Positions 54,486-61,569 of a stretch of 64,000 nt of DNA are shown piece after piece. Origin of the DNA: a virus (lineage: Duplodnaviria > Caudoviricetes); IMG/VR virus record IMGVR_UViG_3300021256_000099, positions 4,236 through 68,235 of that record. One strand, 5' to 3'. Every line of letters starts with the position of its first letter. The first letter of the stretch is position 1. The notes below the pieces were generated by a model. The model saw only the letters and a program-made list of their open reading frames with translations, was not told the DNA's origin and searched no databases. The position numbers and the translations under genes were made by a program.

Positions 54486-55088
54486 ATGGCAGAAATCAAT
54501 CAAGAAGCAGTAAATACAACTACAGAACAGGATACTCAGGCAACCAATCAGGCTGAAACTGCGGATAGCGTAGAAACAAAAGAGGTATCGCAAGACGAAA
54601 TCAGCTCTCTCCGGGTTGAACTTGCAAAGATGAAGAGATTATCAGATAAGAACGCATCTGAGGCAGCTGAGTGGAAAAAGAAATACAGGTCTACACAGTC
54701 AGAGAAAGAGGTTCTGGACGCTGAAAAGGCCGAACAGCAAGCAAAGCGTGATGCTGAACTTGCCGACTTAAAGCGGTATAAACTCGTCAGCGAGTATAAA
54801 GATAGCTACATTCAGAATGGTTACCCTATCGACCTCGCAAAGCAAGCTGCAGAAGCACTTGCGGATAACGACAACGAGATGCTGTTCAAGATTGAGAATC
54901 AGGTATTTGAGTCTCGTCTAAAAGCCGAAAAAGCTGAATGGATGAAGTCGATGCCCGATGCAAATATCGGCAATGGTTCTTCCGCTTCTATCACAAAAGA
55001 GCAGTTTGATTCCATGTCTCTCCAAGAGAGGACAAAAATCTACCGGGAAGATCCCGAAACATACAACAGGCTTGTCGGCAACAAATGA
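54486..55088 (+). CDS. Capsid scaffolding protein
   Basis: Acidic coiled coil between minor head and MCP; ITKEQFDSMSLQER ending. Confidence 0.8.
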   Translation: MAEINQEAVNTTTEQDTQATNQAETADSVETKEVSQDEISSLRVELAKMKRLSDKNASEAAEWKKKYRSTQSEKEVLDAEKAEQQAKRDAELADLKRYKLVSEYKDSYIQNGYPIDLAKQAAEALADNDNEMLFKIENQVFESRLKAEKAEWMKSMPDANIGNGSSASITKEQFDSMSLQERTKIYREDPETYNRLVGNK

Positions 55089-55160
55089 TGCTAAAAACTG
55101 TGTGTCAGTTTGGATGGCACACACTTACCGCTGATAACTAAGCGGAGAAAAGAGGTATAA

Positions 55161-56126
55161 ATGCCCGCAAGTGTAAATGCAACAATGCTTGAGCATCTTA
55201 TTGATCCCCAAGTTATTGCAGATTATATCGAAACAAAGTATATCGACAAGATTCGTTTTGCCCCTCTGGCAAGGATCGACAACACTCTGGTCGGCAGACC
55301 CGGTGACGAAGTAACGTTACCTTTTTATCAGTTTATCGGTGCAGCGAGTGCTGTTGCGGAAGGTGCGGATATTCCGATCGCCCGCATCACTCAGGGTACA
55401 AAGAGAGTAAAGGTCTCCAAAATCGGTAAGGCTGTTGAGTTTACCGATGAGGCTCTGCTGTCTGCGTACAACAACGACATCGCTGAAGAGGCCGCAAAAC
55501 AGGTCATGCTTGCAATCAACGACAAGGTTGAAGGCGATCTGCTCACCGCTATGGGTGGTGCTACTCTGACTGATAGCGTTGCCACCGCAACTATCGGTGA
55601 TGACATTGCTGATTCTCTGGTCAAGTTCGGCGAGGACATTGACGGTGAGAAAGTCCTGCTTTGCTCCCCTACTCTTTACGGTGCTATCCGTAAAGCTAAT
55701 GGTTGGATTCCCGGAACAGAACTGGCTGCTGAGAGGATCATTCGTGGTTCTGTCGGAATGATTCACGGATGTGAAATCGTTGTTTCCAACAGACTGACAT
55801 CTGTATCAAGAACTACATATGCCAAGACAAGCGATGTGGCTATCAACTCTTCCAAGACCTATTATGTCAAAGGTGCTGATGACAAGTACACTGCTGTTGC
55901 AACCCCTGATGTTGCCGATATCGGCAATTACTACGAAGCGACAACCGCTTCTGCACAAGAAGCCTACATTGTCAAGCCCGGTGCGCTTGCTATCTACACC
56001 AAGCGTGGCACAATGGTTGAGTTCGACCGTGACAAACTTTGCCAGACCAACTTCATCATCGGCAGTAAAATTTTCGCTCCTTATCTGTACGATGAGAACA
56101 AGATCATCAAGCTGAGTGTAGCCTAA
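55161..56126 (+). CDS. Major capsid protein (HK97 fold, N4-gp56-like)
   Basis: LIDPQVIAD, TLVGRPGDEVTLP, VAEGADIP, GKAVEFTDEA, GCEIVVSN. Confidence 0.88.
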   Translation: MPASVNATMLEHLIDPQVIADYIETKYIDKIRFAPLARIDNTLVGRPGDEVTLPFYQFIGAASAVAEGADIPIARITQGTKRVKVSKIGKAVEFTDEALLSAYNNDIAEEAAKQVMLAINDKVEGDLLTAMGGATLTDSVATATIGDDIADSLVKFGEDIDGEKVLLCSPTLYGAIRKANGWIPGTELAAERIIRGSVGMIHGCEIVVSNRLTSVSRTTYAKTSDVAINSSKTYYVKGADDKYTAVATPDVADIGNYYEATTASAQEAYIVKPGALAIYTKRGTMVEFDRDKLCQTNFIIGSKIFAPYLYDENKIIKLSVA

Positions 56127-56141
56127 TCTGAGGTTGGCTTT

Positions 56142-56312
56142 ATGGGCATGATGATGCACAGAGCAGTCGTTCGGCTTAGACAGCAGAAGACTCAGGAAAC
56201 TCAGACAGAGGTTGAGGCCAAAGAGGTTGTAAGCAACCACAAAGAAGGCGAAGACATCGTTGATAAGCCTGTCAAGAAGAGGTCTACAGCAAAAAGAACT
56301 GCTAAGAAGTAA
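56142..56312 (+). CDS. Small basic protein (56 aa)
   Basis: GAGG RBS; MGMMMHR...KRTAKK. Confidence 0.55.
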   Translation: MGMMMHRAVVRLRQQKTQETQTEVEAKEVVSNHKEGEDIVDKPVKKRSTAKRTAKK

Positions 56313-56326
56313 GGTGGTGGTGTCTC

Positions 56327-56665
56327 ATGTATATGCGAGAGTTAGAGGACGAACTCTTTGAGGATCTGCACGATGAGGTCTCAGGACAGCCGGGTTACTC
56401 AGATCAGATGCTGAGAAGAAAAATCCGTCAGGCTATCAAGTCTGTAAAAAGGGCAAGGAACTACTCTGGGGCAGGATATTCAATCGACCAGATCGAAGAG
56501 GACATTGAAAACTACTACTCCAATATTAGGGACATCGCTCTTTATGACTACAACATCATCGGTGCTGAAGGCGAATCGTACCATTACGAAGGTGGTACGA
56601 ACAGAACCTATATTGACAGGAGAAGGCTGTATAACGGCATCATTCCTCTTGTCGTGATTCATTAA
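56327..56665 (+). CDS. Head-tail connector/adaptor
   Basis: IRDIALYDYNIIGAEGESYHYEGGTNRTY. Confidence 0.75.
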   Translation: MYMRELEDELFEDLHDEVSGQPGYSDQMLRRKIRQAIKSVKRARNYSGAGYSIDQIEEDIENYYSNIRDIALYDYNIIGAEGESYHYEGGTNRTYIDRRRLYNGIIPLVVIH

Positions 56666-56670
56666 CAAAT

Positions 56671-56766
56671 CGGCGAAACAGGAGAATAAGTGCGGACTCT
56701 GGCAGATGCCTTGGCTATACTGGAGTCCATGTGGGGTTGCGATTAGGTGGGTACGCAACTTCGCCG
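56671..56766 (+). ncRNA. Multibranched structured intergenic RNA
   Basis: CGGCGAA/TTCGCCG closing stem enclosing GGACTCT/GGAGTCC and GTTGCG/CGCAAC hairpins. Confidence 0.45.
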
Positions 56767-56794
56767 TATTTTCAAAAATGGGAGAGTATAAATT

Positions 56795-57118
56795 ATGCCT
56801 TGGCAAACGATAATCCCCATTGTCATCAGTATCCTTGCGCTGTGTTATACAGTGTTCAAAGGTACGAGAGAAGAGAAACGTGTTGACACTTCGGAGATTG
56901 AGGCAAGGGCAGCGGAAAATGCTCGTATCAACTATAAGTTGGATGAGAGCATCAGAATCGGCAAAGAGTCGAACACAGAACTCAAAACTCTCCGAAAAGA
57001 ACTGTCAGCGCAAGATGGTCGTTTGATTGCTGTGGAACGAGAAGTCAGGTCGCTTGAAAAACGAATTGATAACACCGATTTGCGTTTAAGCACCATGACA
57101 GGAGAACATCATGATTAA
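56795..57118 (+). CDS. Membrane-anchored coiled-coil protein (holin-associated)
   Basis: N-terminal TM helix, then heptads ending VERE.RSLEKRID. Confidence 0.65.
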   Translation: MPWQTIIPIVISILALCYTVFKGTREEKRVDTSEIEARAAENARINYKLDESIRIGKESNTELKTLRKELSAQDGRLIAVEREVRSLEKRIDNTDLRLSTMTGEHHD

Positions 57119-57392
57119 GATTAACTGGAAACTAAGGTTTCAAAACAAGGTGACGCTCACTGCCATTGTTATGGCTCTGATTGCCCTTGTATATCAAGTC
57201 CTCGGACTGTTTGATGTTGTCCCAAAAATCTCACAAGACTCTGTAGTCCAGTTGGCATCGGCTGTAATTAACCTTCTTGTCCTTCTTGGTATCGTTGTAG
57301 ACCCGACTACCGAAGGAATAGAGGACTCAGACCGTGCTATGGGTTACACCCAGTTAGGTGGTGGACAGCATGAGGACAGTTCTGCGGAATAA
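57111..57392 (+). CDS. Holin (phi LC3 family)
   Basis: MIKINWKLRFQNK...LGIVVDPTTEGIEDSDRAMGY. Confidence 0.9.
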   Translation: MIKINWKLRFQNKVTLTAIVMALIALVYQVLGLFDVVPKISQDSVVQLASAVINLLVLLGIVVDPTTEGIEDSDRAMGYTQLGGGQHEDSSAE

Positions 57393-57804
57393 GAAGTGGC
57401 TTTACTACTCCAGACAAGGCGAAAAAGTCCCCCAGTATCGTAGGGATTTAGATGGCAACATTATCTACATCACGGTCAATGGTGAAAGAATTCCTGCTGA
57501 GACTGGGGATATGGTCTTTTCATACGAAGACCCAGTGAAAATTCTTGCCAACATTTACGTAACAGGTGGACAGGTTGAATATCAGGAATATGGTCATGAC
57601 TTCGAAACTTTCGGTGCAATGATTGTATGTCTTAAAGGTGAGTTCCCGATTGACGAGAATACCCTCATCTGGGATGAGACCGAACCTGTCTTTAAACAGG
57701 ACGGCACTGTCGATATTGACTCTGCTGATTACCGTGTTAAACGTGCGACTTCCAATATCAATGAGGCAAGATACATCCTTGAAAGGATCACAAAGACACC
57801 GTGA
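57358..57804 (+). CDS. Head-closure/neck protein
   Basis: MRTVLRNK...ADYRVKR; position. Confidence 0.65.
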   Translation: MVDSMRTVLRNKKWLYYSRQGEKVPQYRRDLDGNIIYITVNGERIPAETGDMVFSYEDPVKILANIYVTGGQVEYQEYGHDFETFGAMIVCLKGEFPIDENTLIWDETEPVFKQDGTVDIDSADYRVKRATSNINEARYILERITKTP

Positions 57805-58340
57805 GTGTTATAAAAGTACAACTCTCTCAAAAGTCTATACAGAGTGCCATCAATAAACTCAAAAAACTTCAGAAGAAGATAGACAAAGCCACTGATGACT
57901 ATCATGAGCAATGTGTCAATGAAGCTGAAAGGCTGATAGATATAAGAGCACAATCCGCTGTTCACGTTCTCCCGGATGGGAGTCCGCTTACTGTTAGCCA
58001 TGAGACTTCTAAGTCAAAAGGCAATCTTACAACAATTGTATCACTTGTTGGAAGTCAGGCTGTGTTTGTTGAGTTTGGTACTGGTGTCGTTTTCAATGGC
58101 GGTATTGGTTCTCAACCTCATACACAGTATGACACATCGTATGACAATTCCAGATTTGCAATTGGTTCTTGGTCGCTTGGGCCGCAAGGATCAGGATATT
58201 TGGACAGGGGTGATAGTTGGTGGTATTACGGCAAGGAATATGTGGGTTGGGAGCCTTTTGAGCCTATGGAATTTGGCATAAAAGGCATTATAGCTATGCA
58301 TAGAAAATTTGCCGAAGACAGTTTCGGGAGCATCAAGTAA
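57801..58340 (+). CDS. HK97 gp10-like tail completion protein
   Basis: AVFVEFGTG motif. Confidence 0.75.
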   Translation: MSVIKVQLSQKSIQSAINKLKKLQKKIDKATDDYHEQCVNEAERLIDIRAQSAVHVLPDGSPLTVSHETSKSKGNLTTIVSLVGSQAVFVEFGTGVVFNGGIGSQPHTQYDTSYDNSRFAIGSWSLGPQGSGYLDRGDSWWYYGKEYVGWEPFEPMEFGIKGIIAMHRKFAEDSFGSIK

Positions 58341-58759
58341 TGGCACGATTATGGTACGCAGAGGTAGAAGCGAGGATTTTTACTTACCTTAAAACCAAGC
58401 TGACAGAATACCTCGGAGAGAAATATCCTCATATGCAATTCACGACAAAACGTGAAGGCAACTACTCCCCGGAGTTTCCTACGGTCTATTTCTTCCAACA
58501 TGACTCGGATGAAACACTGTTGGATCTCGAAGGTAGTGACTTTAACGGAATGTATTGTCGTGTACAGATTGAGGTCACATCTAACGATGAAGATGTATCA
58601 AAGGAAGTCGCATACTACGCTCTGTCAATAATGAAGGAGTTATCTTTCGAGTGTTATTTCACGCCGAAGTCATCCGCTACAAGACCGGGTGTACCAAGGC
58701 TTGTAGCAAGATACAGGCGAATGATAGGCTCTGGAGACCTTGACATAGTTGGAGAATAA
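58340..58759 (+). CDS. Tail terminator protein
   Basis: PEFPTVYF, QIEVTS, RLVARY; position. Confidence 0.7.
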   Translation: MARLWYAEVEARIFTYLKTKLTEYLGEKYPHMQFTTKREGNYSPEFPTVYFFQHDSDETLLDLEGSDFNGMYCRVQIEVTSNDEDVSKEVAYYALSIMKELSFECYFTPKSSATRPGVPRLVARYRRMIGSGDLDIVGE

Positions 58760-58832
58760 TAACAACGGTCACATCAAATATGGGATGTGATCCTATCCGT
58801 CAACAATTAGACGGAGAAAGGTACAGATAAAC

Positions 58833-59312
58833 ATGGCTAACATTTCCAACCCCGGACTTAGCACACTCAAAGTACGTTTAGGGTACGGTGTAGAAACTAC
58901 AGCAGGGACTAAACCAACTGCGTTTACTTGGCTTCAGAGGGTTAACTCCATCGGTGGTGTTTCCCTGTCTACTGAGCAGATTGATGTATCTGCGATTGAA
59001 GACGATGTCACCAAGTACACCGCAGGCAGACAGGACACAGGTGGAGAATGGACTGTCACTTTTAATGTAAATGACGAAGTTGTCGCACAACTTAACACCA
59101 TGATTTCTGCTTATCAGGCACTTACTGATGGCAAGAGGATGTGGTTTGAGGTCTATAGTCCTTATATGACCAATGCATTCTTTGTTGTAGCTGCTCCGCC
59201 TCTGCATCTGCCTATTCCTGAGACAGGACAGAATGAGGCGTGGACGATGGAACTGACATTTACCATCGTTGAGTATCAGGACGCTTCTACCGCCATCGAG
59301 CCTACCGCTTGA
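58833..59312 (+). CDS. Major tail (tube) protein
   Basis: IGGVSLSTEQIDVSAIEDDVTKYTAGRQDTGGEWTVTFN. Confidence 0.8.
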   Translation: MANISNPGLSTLKVRLGYGVETTAGTKPTAFTWLQRVNSIGGVSLSTEQIDVSAIEDDVTKYTAGRQDTGGEWTVTFNVNDEVVAQLNTMISAYQALTDGKRMWFEVYSPYMTNAFFVVAAPPLHLPIPETGQNEAWTMELTFTIVEYQDASTAIEPTA

Positions 59313-59382
59313 AGGGGTAAGTTCCCAAGTACGGAAGAGATACCTGATACGGATAAATATCCAGAAGTCTAATGTTTATAAG

Positions 59383-59410
59383 GGGCATCCTTCGGGGTGT
59401 CCCTTTCCCT
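59383..59410 (+). terminator. Intrinsic terminator after the tail tube gene
   Basis: AAGGGGCATCC-TTCG-GGGTGTCCCCTT. Confidence 0.75.
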
Positions 59411-59436
59411 ATTTATATAGGGGGGAAAGGTTTTAA

Positions 59437-59772
59437 ATGGAAAGATTAATCACTGTTAACGGCAAAACTTTTAAAGCTGCAGAATTCACATTTAATACAA
59501 TTTGTCAGCTTGAATCTATGGGACTCAGCCTTGATAACATCTCCAGTATGCCCATGTCTATGATCCGTGGCTATATCGCCATCTCCGCCAAAATTACTCC
59601 CGAACAGGCGGGACGAGAAATGGAACAGCACATCATTGATGGCGGCAACTTCGAGGATGTCGGTGCTGTCATGTCCGCCCAGATTGAGGACTCTGGTTTT
59701 TTTCAGACCCTTTCTCAGAAGACGGAGACAGCGGACGAACAGCCGAAGAAAAGGGCAACAAAGAAAGCGTAA
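59437..59772 (+). CDS. Tail assembly chaperone (gpG-like)
   Basis: Position; slippery T7 run at 59697-59703. Confidence 0.75.
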   Translation: MERLITVNGKTFKAAEFTFNTICQLESMGLSLDNISSMPMSMIRGYIAISAKITPEQAGREMEQHIIDGGNFEDVGAVMSAQIEDSGFFQTLSQKTETADEQPKKRATKKA

Positions 59773-60176
59773 AGAGTCCAAGTGATTATCCATCATACCA
59801 TGCCTATGTCTTGGATCAGATGTTGCCAAAAGCCGTTGTATTTGGCTTTGGATACAGGGAACTGATGGATATGACTCCTGCCGTTGTACGAGGTTATGCA
59901 AAAGGCTTTGAGTTAAAGAGTGACCTGATTGATGATTACTCTTACAATCTTGGCAAATACTTTTATGTTGGCTTAATGACTGCGCTTGGAAGCGTACTGG
60001 ACAAAAACGGTAAGCACGATTATCCCGATAAACCGTTCCATGAGATAACGTCTGGTACGACAGTCGAAATCGAATTAAGTGAAGAAGAAATCATCGAACA
60101 GACAAACAGGCTCTTTGCAAACCTCAACATTATGAAGTCAAACTTTGAAAGGAGCAATCCTAAAAGTGGCAACTAA
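59700..60176 (+). CDS. Tail assembly chaperone extension (gpT-like), reached by -1 frameshift
   Basis: The -1 frame is open from the slippery site through DYPSYHAYVLDQMLPK to the stop at 60176. Confidence 0.7.
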   Translation, partial: FSDPFSEDGDSGRTAEEKGNKESVKSPSDYPSYHAYVLDQMLPKAVVFGFGYRELMDMTPAVVRGYAKGFELKSDLIDDYSYNLGKYFYVGLMTALGSVLDKNGKHDYPDKPFHEITSGTTVEIELSEEEIIEQTNRLFANLNIMKSNFERSNPKSGN

Positions 60177-61494
60177 AGAGCAACAGACGTTTATAGATAA
60201 CATCTATAAGTACGTTGCAAAATACGCCCCACAATACGGGGTGAAATGTTACTCGGCGATAATCGCTCAAGCCATCTGTGAATCTGGATGGGGAAAGAGT
60301 AAATTATCTGCCAAGTATCATAACTATTTCGGTCTAAAGTGTGGAACACTGTGGAAAGGTTCGTCCGTGAGCATGCGTACCGGGGAAGAGTATACGCCCG
60401 GAGTACATACGACAATCACGGACAATTTTCGTGTGTACAAAAACATGGAAGAAGGAGTGAAAGGATATTTCATTTTCCTGTTTGATGGAAGAACACGATA
60501 TAACAACCTTAAAGGTGTGACAGATCCGCAAACTTATCTTCAAAAAATAAAGTCTGATGGATATGCGACATCTTCCACATATGTCCAGACTAACATGAAT
60601 CTCGTGAACTCCTACGGCCTTAGAAAGTACGACCCCGGAAACAGCACCAAAACAGATACAGCCAAAGTCTCCCAGAGACAGGCAGTCATTGATGTGTTTG
60701 AATCGTGGGTCGGCAAGAAAGAGGCTGACGGATCTCACAAAGAGATTATCGATATCTATAACAAGTACTTAAGTACAGCAGTCAAGTTTGGTACTCTGAA
60801 TTACCGGGTATCGTCCTCGGATAGTTGGTGTGCTACTGCCGTGTCGGCTGCTTTTATCAAAGCGGGTCTTGCGTCCCTTTGCCCGATTGAGTGTTCCTGT
60901 CCCAGACAGATTGCGCTTGCAAAGAAAATGGGCATCTGGGTTGAAAAAGACAGTACTGTACCAGAACCCGGTTGGATCATCGAATACGACTGGCAAGACA
61001 CTTCTGGCAGTGGTGATAACACCGGGACGGCAGACCATGTCGGACTCATTGTATCTGTTGATAAGTCTGCCGGGGAATTTCGGGTAATCGAAGGCAATAA
61101 GAACGATGCTGTTGGCTATAGGAATATGGCGATCAATGGCAGATATATCAGAGGTTTTGCTGCTCCCAAATATACCGATGAGGATGTCTCCCCAGTTACT
61201 CCTGCAAAACCAATCGCTCCTTCCAACATTGAGACTGTGGCAATGGATGTCATGCAAGGTCTTTACGGCAATGGAGATGACAGGGTCAATACTCTGAAGA
61301 AAGCGGGATATGATCCTACAACTGTACAAAGCAAGGTAAACGAACTTGTAAAGAAGTACGCTAACAAATACATCAATGGTGATGCGGGCAACGGTACGGA
61401 AAATCGTATCGCTTGGCTTAGAAGGCAAGGTTTTACAAAGAATCCTGCTATAGCAAATGAGGCTATCCAGTCTTACGTCAATAAGATTGCCTAA
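60166..61494 (+). CDS. Endolysin: GH73 glucosaminidase + CHAP + CW_7-like repeats
   Basis: IIAQAICESGWG, NYFGLK, FRVY, GYATSSTY; SWCATAVSA, DHVGLI, VIEGN; GLYGNGDDR and GDAGNGTENR. Confidence 0.88.
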   Translation: MATKEQQTFIDNIYKYVAKYAPQYGVKCYSAIIAQAICESGWGKSKLSAKYHNYFGLKCGTLWKGSSVSMRTGEEYTPGVHTTITDNFRVYKNMEEGVKGYFIFLFDGRTRYNNLKGVTDPQTYLQKIKSDGYATSSTYVQTNMNLVNSYGLRKYDPGNSTKTDTAKVSQRQAVIDVFESWVGKKEADGSHKEIIDIYNKYLSTAVKFGTLNYRVSSSDSWCATAVSAAFIKAGLASLCPIECSCPRQIALAKKMGIWVEKDSTVPEPGWIIEYDWQDTSGSGDNTGTADHVGLIVSVDKSAGEFRVIEGNKNDAVGYRNMAINGRYIRGFAAPKYTDEDVSPVTPAKPIAPSNIETVAMDVMQGLYGNGDDRVNTLKKAGYDPTTVQSKVNELVKKYANKYINGDAGNGTENRIAWLRRQGFTKNPAIANEAIQSYVNKIA

Positions 61495-61569
61495 TCACTT
61501 TCCCGGTTCAACGCTTAGAGTTGGATCGCTAACCTTATCAATCACCAATAACTAAAGGTAGGTGATTTA

